A DNA stretch of 63,871 nucleotides, counting the filler, from Octopus bimaculoides (taxonomy: Eukaryota): the NCBI RefSeq assembly GCF_001194135.2. It is 7 parts of 6 records of this genome, joined end to end, with 100 filler letters (N's around TTAATTAATTAA, not from the genome) between each part and the next. Parts side by side here need not be neighbours in the genome. Positions count along the whole stretch, not along the records: positions 25,525 to 34,932 come from NC_069003.1; positions 35,033 to 54,128 come from NC_068988.1; 5 more parts are not named here. The stretch is one strand, 5' to 3'. The notes beneath the pieces are model-generated. The model had not been told where the DNA came from, ran no database searches, and worked only from the letters and a program-made list of their open reading frames with translations. This document shows positions 26,673 to 40,226 of this stretch, piece by piece. A program made the translations under genes and the position numbers. How positions within the stretch are numbered: the stretch's first letter is position 1; each line of letters begins with the position of its first letter.

Positions 26673-27399
26673 TTTAATTTTTTATTCTTATTTTTTATTT
26701 TCGTNNNNNNNNNNNNNNNNNNNNNNNNNNNNNNNNNNNNNNNNNNNNNNNNNNNNNNNNNNNNNNNNNNNNNNNNNNNNNNNNNNNNNNNNNNNNNNNN
26801 NNNNNNNNNNNNNNNNNNNNNNNNNNNNNNNNNNNNNNNNNNNNNNNNNNNNNNNNNNNNNNNNNNNNNNNNNNNNNNNNNNNNNNNNNNNNNNNNNNNN
26901 NNNNNNNNNNNNNNNNNNNNNNNNNNNNNNNNNNNNNNNNNNNNNNNNNNNNNNNNNNNNNNNNNNNNNNNNNNNNNNNNNNNNNNNNNNNNNNNNNNNN
27001 NNNNNNNNNNNNNNNNNNNNNNNNNNNNNNNNNNNNNNNNNNNNNNNNNNNNNNNNNNNNNNNNNNNNNNNNNNNNNNNNNNNNNNNNNNNNNNNNNNNN
27101 NNNNNNNNNNNNNNNNNNNNNNNNNNNNNNNNNNNNNNNNNNNNNNNNNNNNNNNNNNNNNNNNNNNNNNNNNNNNNNNNNNNNNNNNNNNNNNNNNNNN
27201 NNNNNNNNNNNNNNNNNNNNNNNNNNNNNNNNNNNNNNNCTTCTTTTGGTTTCCGTCTACTACTAAGTCCACTCACAAGGCTGTGGTCGACCCGGGTCTA
27301 TAGTAAAAGACACTTGCCCAAGGTACCATGCAGTGGGACTGAACCCGGAACTTTATGGTTAGGAAGTAAGCTAAATTTTATTAGTAGGTCACTGCAATC

Positions 27400-28200
27400 C
27401 GTTTATGTGAACAAGACCACCATACATCTTTAATACTTTTTGTTGATTACCATAACCAATTTCATTAAGGTTGCAAGAACGATATAATATCTCGCTACTT
27501 CAATCTTGTTTACCACAATCCATCCACATTTTTAAGTCCTTGTCGTCTCTTATTCCCACTCTTTTGTAATTTAACCATAATAAAACTTTGACTACATCTC
27601 GTCTTATTTAAGGCCACAGAGCATTTTCCTGTTTCATTATACTATATAGTTTATTAGTATATTACATTACATCAGAGTTATACTGCAGATCCTGTAATAG
27701 TACAATACATCAGAGATATTAATCGAGACACTCCGCTTATTTGAACTTGTTTATCGCCCTTTTTAATCAACTCTGTAAGACCAATAGATATAGTTAGCAC
27801 GAATTTATTGGTAGCGTGTTAACGATATGGACACCTATTCACATGATATAATGTTGCTACGTCAACGTTCTAACTGCGATCTCTGACACAATACTGGAAT
27901 CCTGTAAAGTGAATGAATTTACTCAAGTCTTTGAAAGGCTTTTTTGGTATTTTGCCATTCTAACATAACGTCTGATTTACAAGAGACCTATTTCAATACT
28001 CACGACCATTTTTGCATACAAATTTTTTTAAATCTCCACTAAGACTAGCAGCATAAAATTGGCATCATCCGCTTAATCGCTCAGTTGTATATTCCAATTA
28101 ATTTTTAGCTTAATCATTTTTAATAATAATAATCATTATTCCTACTCCTTAGATGTAGGTGATAATTCACTTACTTGCCCTGTGGCAAATATCTTAATTT
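27400..28200 (-). mobile_element. Highly decayed LINE reverse-transcriptase remnant
   Basis: Minus strand reads IQLSD*ADDANFML at ~28050-28090 (YADD-like), with an LPQG-like stretch upstream. Many stops. Confidence 0.3.
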
Positions 28201-28683
28201 TTCTTTATTTTCCTGCTCGTTCTCTATCATTTACCAAACGATTAGATTGTTTTATCTCAGTTATCATTTCTACGCCATTAACAATGGTTTATAAATCTTG
28301 TTAATATTTCCAATTTCAGACTGTGTACAGTCGAAGCCAACGCTAATCTCTTTAATATTTCACCTAAATATTTTTGCCATTCATTATTCTTGTTCGTATT
28401 TAGCTTATTCCATATCTATTATCAATTTGATTCTAATCAGCGTTTCAATTTTCTCTTCGCAACAAATAAATATTTACCTTACATATTCGATGATTTACTT
28501 AGTCTTTTACTCTTTTTACTTATTTCAGTCGTTTGTCTGCGGCCATGCTGGAGCACCGCCTTAAAGGGTTTCTAGTCGAAGAAATTGACCTAGGACTTAT
28601 TTTTTGTAAGCGTAGTACGTATGTGTGTGTATATGCATGTGTATATCTATCTATCTATTTCTCTCTCTCTCTGTCTGTATGCA

Positions 28684-28722
<39 letters not shown>

Positions 28723-28820
28723 NNNNNNNNNNNNNNNNNNNNNNNNNNNNNNNNNNNNNNNNNNNNNNNNNNNNNNNNNNNNNNNNNNNNNNNNNNNNNN
28801 NNNNNNNNNNNNNNNNNNNN

Positions 28821-28851
<31 letters not shown>

Positions 28852-28997
28852 CCTGTCAGTTTATCTATCTGTCTGTCAATCTATCTGTCTCTCTGTCTGT
28901 CAGTCTGTCTATCTATCTATTTATCTATGTACGTATGTATCTATCTATCTATCCACCTTCCTCCCTCCCTCCCTACCTACCTACCTACCTACATATA

Positions 28998-29028
<31 letters not shown>

Positions 29029-29149
29029 GGAGGAAAAAAGAATGACAAAGTACAATAAAGATATATTCTATTCATAAAAGCATCAACGAATTCTCTTTGA
29101 CACAAAAAAAACAAGTCAGAAACAAGAAGCAAATTTGAATGAAACTTAC

Positions 29150-30028
29150 TCGAATACCGTTTGCATCCATATAAGTTCGGTAAAGGAGAAGACCAGTCCA
29201 GGGCAACTGGCAGACAAGAAAGATAATGACCACATTAATTAACATGATTGTTATCCTGTTTTGACCACTTCCATGGCGCTGTGCTTGACCAGTTACGTTC
29301 GAATTGGCTAACGATCGGCGAATCACCGAAGACTTCCAAACAATACGTATTAGTAGACTGTTGAAGACGGACAGCAAGATCATTGGAATGAAAGTAAAGA
29401 AAGACACAAACCACCAATAATATCCGATTTGGTAACTATCAGATTGGGCGAACTTTGTATTGTGACACACAAAGAACACTACTGTTTGATTGTATGTTGA
29501 TAGTTTCTTCTCAAGAATCTCCATTTCGAAAAGTTCTGGGCTCGTGTTGATCAAACAAATTATAAATACTAGAAAAGATATCATTTTTGCTCGGTGTACC
29601 GTACACCATATGCGACCCCTCATGGGATAACGAACGCCTACGTATCTTTCCACGGTAAACGATACCGTAAGCCAAACGGCCATGTTGCCAAAGAGGTCAG
29701 TGAGAACTCTGGCATATGGCATGTAATAAAACGCAAACTTCGGTTGCTGTTGGTAAGAACAATGAACAAAGTTTAGAGTGACCATAAAGAATAAATAAAG
29801 GAGGTCGCACACCGACAAAGCAGTAAGGTAAACATTGGTAGAGCTTTGCATACGGCGCCGACTCAGAACGATTATACTCAAAGTGTTGCCCACAAAACCA
29901 ATGGTTGATACTGTTGGACTTAGGATTTTTTGGACGACGAATCGTGTCACTTCTAACACTTCTCTGGCCGTGTCGTTGTCATCATTGACCAGATCTGTAG
30001 CAATTGTGATGTTCGAATCGAGTACCAT
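29150..30028 (-). CDS. Rhodopsin-like (class A) peptide GPCR of the FMRFamide/sex-peptide-receptor-like group; main exon, TM1-TM6
   Basis: 293 open codons from the ATG at 30028. TM1 GFVGN, TM2 LTALSVCDL, TM3 VERY, TM4 region, TM5 IP..LL..FN, TM6 FLVCQLP, N-terminal NxT sites. GTAAGT donor at 29144-29149 in phase 0, so TM7 and the C-tail are on a downstream exon that I did not find. Confidence 0.93.
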
Positions 30029-30308
30029 ATTCACGATTTCTCTTGTGAAGATTAACTTCCTCGCTACTCCGCTACTCCGATTATGGTCTCATCTGTTCAA
30101 TTGGCAATACCATTCTATAACGGAAAGAAAACATTCATTAATGGCTTTATAAACATTAAGGACTCAATTATTTCATGGTCAATCAAGAATTCCACCCTAT
30201 CAAGAATACGTCTTCTGAATATTTACAGTAAACATTGACAGAGGCAAAAATGGTAGATTGTGAAATATGAAGAAATGCGATTGTATAATTGTTATTATAT
30301 ATATGTTT

Positions 30309-30341
<33 letters not shown>

Positions 30342-31469
30342 CATATACATATGCACACGCACATATAGGCAGGATGTTACTGTGTGAGAAGAAGCTTGCT
30401 TCCCAACCACATATTTTCAGGTTCAGTTCCACTACGTGTCAGCTTGGGAAAGTGTCTTTTACAATAGCCTCGGGCCGACCAAACCATTGTGAGTGGATTT
30501 GGCTGAAGGAAACTGAAAGAAGCCCGTCGTATATATGTATATATGAAGCACTAGTTATAACTACTTCTAGAGGAAACAGAACACAATCATCTATTATGCA
30601 ATTTTACTAAAGAAATTGAAAATACGATTCTTTACAGGGATTGAACCGTTTTATCGAGGATTTCTGAAAAGAAAAGTATTGAGACGAAGCAGTTCAATCA
30701 CNNNNNNNNNNNNNNNNNNNNNNNNNNNNNNNNNNNNNNNNNNNNNNNNNNNNNNNNNNNNNNNNNNNNNNNNNNNNNNNNNNNNNNNNNNNNNNNNNNN
30801 NNNNNNNNNNNNNNNNNNNNNNNNNNNNNNNNNNNNNNNNNNNNNNNNNNNNNNNNNNNNNNTGTGTGTGTGTGTGTACTTTTTGTAGCACAACTTAAAG
30901 GTCGCTGTAAATGTCATTCTAAGATACCCTTTGCAATGTCAATTCCTTCAAAGTAATTAAATAATACGGAAAATAGTTTTGGAAGATTGTTTTTTGTTAA
31001 CGACATTGTTTGAATAGAGCAAAACTAAATAACATCCTGAAACAATGAAAAAATGTTGAATTAAATCTGTCTCTTTGTGTTGGAATGGCAATAAAGACGC
31101 TACTTTACTTAGATTCTTCAATTTTATTGTAGAATAAAGCAGCAAACCATTATCACCATTATAACATGTAACACCACCATAATCTCACCTGCGGTCAGCG
31201 GAAACCTGATAACCATCACAACCACAATCGTATTCATAACCACAGTGAGTGTTAGAATAACGACAGTTGCCACTGCGATACCTGTCACGATCATAGCAAG
31301 TACCACGACACTAGCATGTACCCCATTTTAGAGTATTCCTACAACCATAACAACTAGAGAAACGTAACTACTACAACCACTTCAACTACTACAGCCACGG
31401 CAATAATTACCACAAACTACCACGCTCACATTTACCACTAGTACATTTAATGGACGGATGATGGATCCC

Positions 31470-31795
31470 TTTGGTCATGAATGACCATGGATTGTTCCTA
31501 GAAAGTTCGCTTCCGAGGTACAAGTCTGGGCAAAATTGTTCTATGGAAGACCAGCAGTTACCCACACAAACCAGCATATTCTCTTCATGCCACAATGGTA
31601 TCCAAGGGAAAGGTAAAGGCCAATACAGCTTGGCACCAGTGACGTTACAATTCATTTCTACAGCTGAGTGAACTGTGGTAACGTGAAATAAAGTTTCTTG
31701 CTCAAGAACATAACACACAGCCCGATACAGGATTCGAACTCACAAGTTCATGTTTGTGAGTCCGAAGCTCTAACCACTGAGCCATGTGCTTTAAC
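31470..31795 (-). mobile_element. tRNA-derived SINE, family D; a related copy lies at ~35860-36050 (+)
   Basis: Head GCACATGGCTCAGTGGTTAGAGC...GTTCGAATCC with A/B boxes, followed by the GTGTT(C/A)(T)TGAGCAAG...CCACTCAGCTG central block common to many invertebrate SINEs. Confidence 0.7.
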
Positions 31796-32866
31796 TAAAA
31801 CTATCAAAGCCACTGCAATAACAACCACCGCAACAACACATCAAGTGCTGTTTTTGCTATCTTAGCCATAACTTCTACAGCAACATCTGCAACTTCAACT
31901 GTCACATTTATAATTTCTACACCCGTGCCAACTTCCACAACTACCACCGTCACAAGCTACTACAGATACAACAACTACAACACCAACAATCAAAACTACG
32001 ATGAAAGAAACTTCCATCACCCCCCACCTCCACAGAACAACAACAATAGCAACTATAATAGACGTGGTAATGCGATACAGTACAGAGAAAAATAGATTCA
32101 GAAAACGAGGTAACTAAATACTATGAAGAATTTCTTTTGCAAATAACTAGATAAAATATAGACACAGTAAGATTCATTCTCAGACACACCCACACGGACA
32201 CACATATCCACATGGATACTAATACACACCACACCGTTACACACGCATACATACAAGCCAGTATACACGCGTCCACACATGCCCACACCCAGAGATATGT
32301 TTCCTGTCACGGACACAGATGCAACCGTATCTACGCAGACATATCTATAGAAACAATACTTGTAAAATGAATGATTTAATACAAGAATATGTTTGAAAAA
32401 AAAACAACGCTATTTTTGTTCATTAAAATTGAAACTAAGATAGCTGGGTACGTAGGTACGTACAAACATACATACATGCATACATGCATGCATACATACA
32501 TAAACATGAGAATACATAAGACAAAACGTAAAAATTTGCACATGTACTGATTCCAAACACTGCACACATACCCACAAACATGCTCGCATATTTTATTGAT
32601 GTTGAAATTCTAATGAAGAAGCCTTGAATCTAGGTTAGAAAATGGTTCTTTCTCTATTGGCAAGAAATTTTGAAATAAAACTTAATAACATACGTGGGTG
32701 CAATCATACATACATACATACATACATAAAGAATAAATAAAGGAGGTCGCATACATGCATGAGAATGCATACATAAAACAAAATGTACAAATGTGTACAT
32801 GTACTGACTCCAAATACTGCACACATGCCCACGAACATAGATAGATAGATAAATAGGCAGACAGAC

Positions 32867-32912
<46 letters not shown>

Positions 32913-32913
32913 T

Positions 32914-32959
<46 letters not shown>

Positions 32960-33299
32960 CATACATACATACATACATACATTCACATACACATATGTTT
33001 CATTAACTACACTAACATACGAAAATGTTTATCATTATTAATTTAGATTTTTCATGCTTTCTTGTTAGCTTTTTACATTTAGTTTGAAACAATAGAGTTC
33101 ATAAATACATATCTGAAGTTTTCAGAACTTCACACTCTTATTTCCAAGATTTAGTAGCATTTGGTTTTTGAGTTGTTTATTATGTACTGGTTGAGTTCGT
33201 GTAAACATTCCTGCCAAAGGTATTTTGACCTTTAACACCATGCACCAGGAGTCGTATGTTGATTTGTTTATCACGGTCAAACACTGATTTCAAAATTGG

Positions 33300-33750
33300 A
33301 CTCAAAGCCAGCAAGTTCGAGAGAGGTGATAAGTCGGTTACATCGGCCCCCAGTGTTCAGCTGGTACTTATTTTTATTGATTCTGAAAGGAGGAAATGTA
33401 AAGCCGACCTCCAAGGAATTTGAACTCAAGATCATAAAGACAGGCGAAAAGCCGGTTGAGCACAGGGGTCGATGTAATCGACTTACTCCTTCCCCAAAAT
33501 TTCAGGCCTTGTGCCTATAGTAAAAAGAATTATTAATTTATTGAGTAAGGCGGCATGCTGGCAGAATCATTAGTGCGTTGGACGAAATGCTTAGCAGTAT
33601 TTCGCTGCGTTGTGCGTTCAAATTCCGCCGAGGTCGACTTGTTTTTCATCCTTTCGGGGTCGATGAAGTAAGTACCAGTAAAAAACTGGGGTCGATGTAG
33701 TCGACTAGTCCCCACAAATTTCAGGCCTTGTGCCTATAGTAGAAAGGTTT
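33300..33750. mobile_element. Nested SINE family B copies in both orientations
   Basis: GGCGGCATGCTGGCAGAATC head at ~33549, plus reverse-oriented fragments upstream. Confidence 0.75.
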
Positions 33751-34482
33751 ATTAGTTTATTGTGTGAAGGCGATTGGCTTACGATCATAAGGTTGTTAAT
33801 TCGATTACCGGCGGTGCTCTATGTCCTTAAGCAAAACACCTTATTTCCCGTTGCTTCAGTCCACTCAGCTGGTAAAAATGTACTTCAATGGGTCAGCCCT
33901 CTCTGGGAACTACACTGAATCTCCCAGAAAACTACGTTAAAGGTACGCGTCTTCGTTAAATACCTTCCCACTTGCACGTTAATTTCACGAATAGGCTCTT
34001 CTGTTGATCAGATCAACTGGAACACTCGTCGTAAACGACGCAATGTCAATTGTTAATATATAGTCAAGTCTAATGTATTTTGTGCTACATTTTACGAGGG
34101 TTTTGATTACATGTTTCTCCCTTTCATAGTTTTTGAGCATTTGGTTCATGTATTAGATTTTATGTGTGATTCTGCATGGCTATATTTGTTGTATTGTATT
34201 TGTGTCTCCATTCTTTTATATCTCGGTCCGAGACACACAGAAATTACTTCACAGATTCAAATTCTTTCACTCGGAAGTAAATGCAACATACCTGTACACG
34301 GATCGAAAACATTGCGGCAGGGGTTTGATTGGGGTAGCGGAACGTGTTGCTGCAAAAAGACAAGCGTTGGATTTTTATCTAGCAAACTGCATACAATAAG
34401 GTTTTGCTTCAATATGTTGCTAAGTCAATGAGTCTGAAGAAAAAGGAGAATGACGCTAAAGATTTAAACTACTTCTCTATCA

Positions 34483-34554
<72 letters not shown>

Positions 34555-34766
34555 TGATGGTTTCAAATTTTACCACAAGGGCGTTCATTTTCGGGGAAGG
34601 GATGTGTCGATTACATCGATCCCAGTGTTCAACTGGTACTTAATTTATCGACTTCGAAAGGTTGAAAGGCAAAGTCCACTTCGGCGGAATTTGAACTCAG
34701 AACGTGATGGCAGACGAAATACCTCTAAGCATTTCGTCCAGCGAGCTGACGATTCTGCCAGCTCAG

Positions 34767-34838
<72 letters not shown>

Positions 34839-34869
34839 CACAATAATCATAATAATAATCACAATAATC

Positions 34870-34916
<47 letters not shown>

Positions 34917-36359
34917 TAATAGTAATCATAATNNNNNNNNNNNNNNNNNNNNNNNNNNNNNNNNNNNNNNNNNNNNTTAATTAATTAANNNNNNNNNNNN
35001 NNNNNNNNNNNNNNNNNNNNNNNNNNNNNNNNATATATATATATATACACCTATCTTTCTAGGCATGTGTGTGTCCGTACGTTTTTCTGCGTACATTTGT
35101 GTAAAGAGTATACACAAGCTTGCACAACGCAACTCGCAACCAAATTTCTGACTCAGTAGTATGTCCTACACCGAAACCGAGGTATACAGGCCATGTAGTC
35201 ATAATAAACAAATACAGAAAATATATAGGATATTTTATGCTTTGTAATACTTACACGAGTTTCGACAAATTGCTGCCAGGATTACATCATTATTTAGTGA
35301 AACATTTTATCATTTTGTAAATTGAAATAATAGTGCTAAATACTTGATGTCTATTCCTGTTATGCAAATTTTCAACATCGTCATCAATGGCACATGCAGT
35401 GGGAGATAAAACAAAACGTGACACAGGTTCGAGACCGCACCTTTCTATATCTAGGTGCATAGATATACGTATACACTCTTACACATATATACCGTTATCT
35501 ATGTCTGTAATATAGAAGAGGTTGAGAAAGAAAGAGGCAAACAGAACATCTTGTAGACCAGGCGGTTCTATCGGCAGCTAGTCCAAAAGCAACAATCTAA
35601 GATACAATCAAAGTAGCTACGGACGGTAAAGAGATTGCTGAAGTCAGCAATAACGTTGACAATAGCAATGGCAGGAATGGTAGCTACCATTATTCCTGTC
35701 ATAAATCAGAGACAGATAGGCTGTGGTCAATTAATTGTCGACTTTACGGTAAGCGCTACAAACAATCTGCTTTTGGAATAAAACAAGAGAATAAAGGAAT
35801 AAAAGTATATCGTGCGTTCCAGAATTCGTTGAGGCTTGTCTTGTATGTATAATGAACACATGAAGGCACATGACTCAGTATTTAGAACGTCAAAATCACA
35901 ATCATGAGGTAGTGTGTCTGATTCCCGAACCAGGCTGCGTGTTGTGTTCTTGAGCAGGACACTATTTAACGCTGCTCCGCTTCACTCAGCTGTAGAAATG
36001 AGTTGTGACGTCACTGATGCCAAGCTATGTCGTCTTTTGCCTTTCCTGTGCATAACATCGGTGGCGGGATGTTATCCTGTGGATACGTTCTGAGTTCAAA
36101 TTCAGCCGACGTCGACTTTGCCTTTCATCCTTCCGGGTCGATAAATTAAGTACCAGTNNNNNNNNNNNNNNNNNNNNNNNNNNNNNNNNNNNNNNNNNNN
36201 NNNNNNNNNNNNNNNNNNNNNNNNNNNNNNNNNNNNNNNNNNNNNNNNNNNNNNNNNNNNNNNNNNNNNNNNNNNNNNNNNNNNNNNNNNNNNNNNNNNN
36301 NNNNNNNNNNNNNNNNNNNNNNNNNNNNNNNNNNNNNNNNNNNNNNNNNNNNNNNNNNN

Positions 36360-36910
36360 CCTTTCATCCTTTCGGGGTCGATAAAGCAAGTGCCAGTTGA
36401 CCACTGTGTTCGATGTCATCGACTTTCCCCTTCCCCTATCCCTGCTTAGGGGTATTTCGTCTGTCTTTACGTTCTGAGTTCAAACTCCACCGAGGCCGAC
36501 TTTGTCTTTCATCCTTTCGGAGTTGGTAAATTAAGTACCAGTTTCGTACTGGTGTCGATCTAATCGACTGGCCCCTCCCCAAAACTTTTGGGCCTTGTGC
36601 CTAGAGTAGAAAATATTGAAACCAACTCAAACTTCAAATTCCACCGAGGCCGACTTTGCCTTTCATCCTTTCGGGGTCGATAAAGCAAGTGCCAGTTGAC
36701 CACTGTGTTCGATGTCATCGACTTTCCCCTTCCCCTATCCCTGCTTAGGGGTATTTCGTCTGTCTTTACGTTCTGAGTTCAAATTCCGACGAGTTCGACT
36801 TTGCCTTTCATCCTTTCGGGGTCGATAAATAAATTCCAGTTGCGTACTGGGGGCGATCTAATTGACTGAGCTCCTCCCAATAAGTTTCGGTCCTTGTGCC
36901 TAGAGTAGAG
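36360..36910 (+). repeat. Tandem ~300-bp duplication built from SINE family B pieces
   Basis: 36360-36484 and 36660-36783 are essentially identical. Confidence 0.85.
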
Positions 36911-37369
36911 TAGAAAAGAGTAAAATCGCTACTGGATAATGCTGTCCTAAATCGCCTATACATAGAAAGTGATGATAGGATCATAGGCTTGTTCGATCAG
37001 GATATTTCTCTCACATTCGATTAACACCAGAGAAAGTTTGGAATATTTAGCGATAAACTGACCTTCGGGAATCAATGGAAAGAGAATAGGCAAAAAGAAA
37101 AAAGAAAAGGATTAATAAATAAACTGATAAATGTGCACAGAATCTATTGTCCTGGTAACTCTTCAAAATCGTTATTGCAACAGACTTGTACAACATTAAT
37201 CTCACACAATTATCCTCATACTATTGTCTAGAATGATCTATACAGCTTTATACGCAATACCCTAACGGAATTCTAATGACAGCGAATACATATTGGAAGC
37301 AGAAAAATAAAATACTAATTAGTAACACAATTCTCATGCAAAAACTAATAAAAAAAATCGAAACAAATA

Positions 37370-37378
37370 ATAACAACG

Positions 37379-37413
<35 letters not shown>

Positions 37414-37480
37414 CATAATAATAATAAGAATGGTGATGGTAATAATGATGATGGTGGGTGACAATAATGATGATAATCTA

Positions 37481-37528
<48 letters not shown>

Positions 37529-37530
37529 CA

Positions 37531-37570
<40 letters not shown>

Positions 37571-37629
37571 CATCATCATCATCATCATCATCACCATCAT
37601 GGTCATCATCATCATTATCATCATCATCA

Positions 37630-37687
<58 letters not shown>

Positions 37688-37951
37688 CGCTGTTTTTGCT
37701 GTTGATGATATTATCATTATCATCGATGTAAAATCATTCTCCTGGTTGATATTTTTGTTATTAGTATCATTGTTTCATCTTCATCATCATCGTCATCATC
37801 ATTACTATCATCATTACCATCATCATTATCATCATCATCATCATCATCACCCTCATCGTCTTCATAAATATTAATATAATGACGATAATAATAAAACTAG
37901 TACTAACAATAAGAAGAGGAAAAAGAGGTATCATTATTGCTGTTGTTGTTG

Positions 37952-37983
<32 letters not shown>

Positions 37984-37990
37984 GTCACCA
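37370..37990. repeat. (ATT)n/(ATC)n trinucleotide field
   Basis: Visible repeat; explains the poly-Ile, poly-Tyr and poly-His ORFs. Confidence 0.95.
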
Positions 37991-38551
37991 TCATTTTCAT
38001 CGACATTACAAGTGACTGTAACAATGCAGCACACAAGACATGCTGCTATAACAATATTCAAACTCAGGCCTGTCCGAATCTATGCCGTGACTTGACATAG
38101 AGTCTGCTGATAGTTGTCGACCAGTAAGTCTTGTCTTTCTATTGTTTCCATTTCTAATTTACGACATGCAGCAACTAATAAAACGGCACTAATCTCCTGC
38201 ACAGTATTTCAAGGATTTCAACTAATATAAGTTCCCTATTTTTATATGTTTATTTTATCATTTTAATTTTCAGTTGTGTATTTTGTTGGGTTTTTTTTCT
38301 TCTTATCTACATTGTTTGTCACGTTATGTATGATGCACATGTGTATTTCCTTACGCTGTATATGATTAGCTGATCATTAGACATATGCTGTATAATATGT
38401 GTGTATTTATATGTGTGTGTGTGCGTGCGTGTATGCATGTGTGTGTCTGTAGCTAGGTAACTGCCTACGTACCTAGCTATCTGGTTAGCTACGTAGATAG
38501 ATAGGCCGACAGACAGACAGACAGACAGATAGACATATAGATAGATAGATT

Positions 38552-38617
<66 letters not shown>

Positions 38618-39980
38618 GAGACCATCAGACAGACAGAAAAGTAGGCAGGTAGGTAGATAGGTAGGTAGGTACGTACGTGCTCCTTGTATATTTGTATGTA
38701 TGTATGTATTTATGTATATGTATGTGTGTGCACGCTTGCACGCGTGTATGCTTGTATGTATATGTATTGGCAAAGCTCCTGCTTTTTCGAAGTATCGCAG
38801 ACGCACCGGCATGGCTGTGTGGTTAACAAGATTAAGTAGCAGCTACTCGCTTTCGGATTCAATTCCAATTCTAGTACAGCCCCGTAATGACCGATGTCTT
38901 GTAAAGGAATTTGGTAGATGGAAATTGTATTAAAGCAGCTCCTTATATATGTGTGTGGTTGTGTCTCTCTGTGGGTGACAGTAATTTTTATTTTTTCATA
39001 TCTAAACTTTCCCAACGTGTCCTGCCTGTTTTTTTAAAATTAAAGTAATTCGGAAGATTTTGGTCGCTATTGCTAGCGAATCGAATGAAGGTACGGCACA
39101 AGCTTCCCCGCTGGTTCGTGACCAATGTGTTTTTTATAACTCAACGCTGACCGAGTGAAGAGATGATGGAGAGAGAAAACATAAACAAGAAAACGGTTAA
39201 ACGAGCGAGAAAGAAAGGGAAATCTAGAAAGATTGAGTAAAATAAAAAAACCTAAACGAAATGAAAAACATGAGCAACAGATAGAGATATCGAGACATAG
39301 GAGGAGGGGAAAAAGACAGGTAAATAAGAATCATATTTCGTCAGAGAAATATGTAAAGATCAAATAACTAAATACTTTAAGCTGCCTTAGTATTCCTGGT
39401 TTATTCGTATTTCTAAGAACTCTGACTGAATCTTTAATGTATTAGTCTAACACACATGTATCTTCTCTCAATCTCAGCAAACAAATCGGTTCTGTCTCGC
39501 AGCCTAACGTATAGATATATGGTTAATAACAGTTCTTTCGTTTCTTTAGTAGTAGTTGGCTTTCATAACCTCTACTTAGACATGTACTTTTACTCCACAT
39601 ATATAGCAATTATCCTCAGTGCTACAAGTGTCAAAGAACTGATTCAACACTTCCACTGTGTACTTGCAAAGCAGGTAATTACTTTTCTGGTTAACTTCAC
39701 TAAATCCGAATTTGGAATACATATTATGTCAGTCAAATGAAATAAAGCATTGCTATCTTGTTTGTATCAGACGATATAGGCTTGTTATATCATATTTTAA
39801 CTTTTCCTCTTGAGTTAGCAATCTTATTATATACACATGACAAAGGTTTGGTTCTATGTGCGGTTCTTCTCTCGGTCTAACCCATCCCGAGTTCCAACGT
39901 GCTACGAGGCACGATCATCCAGCGTTTACCATTATCTTGTCAGTGGAATTACTTGTCGAAAATTGCACCGATATTATGGT

Positions 39981-40030
<50 letters not shown>

Positions 40031-40179
40031 GAATGTGCCTGAGAGAGAGAAAGAGACAACAGACAGAACGAGAGAGTAAGTGTGTGTGTAGTCATTGTCT
40101 GAAACTACATATACTACTACTGCTACTACTACTACTGCTGCTGCTACTGCTACTGCTGCTACTACTATTATTATTATTA

Positions 40180-40226
<47 letters not shown>

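Noticed and set aside
31140-32060. Thr-rich, mucin-like reading on the plus strand
   Set aside because: Interrupted by stops and a SINE; best explained as a decayed (ACC/ACA)n field.
37430-38100. Poly-Ile/Tyr/His/Met ORFs, and similar YI, VC, LS, THTH and poly-Asn ORFs elsewhere
   Set aside because: Translations of di-, tri- and tetranucleotide microsatellites; no splice or domain support.
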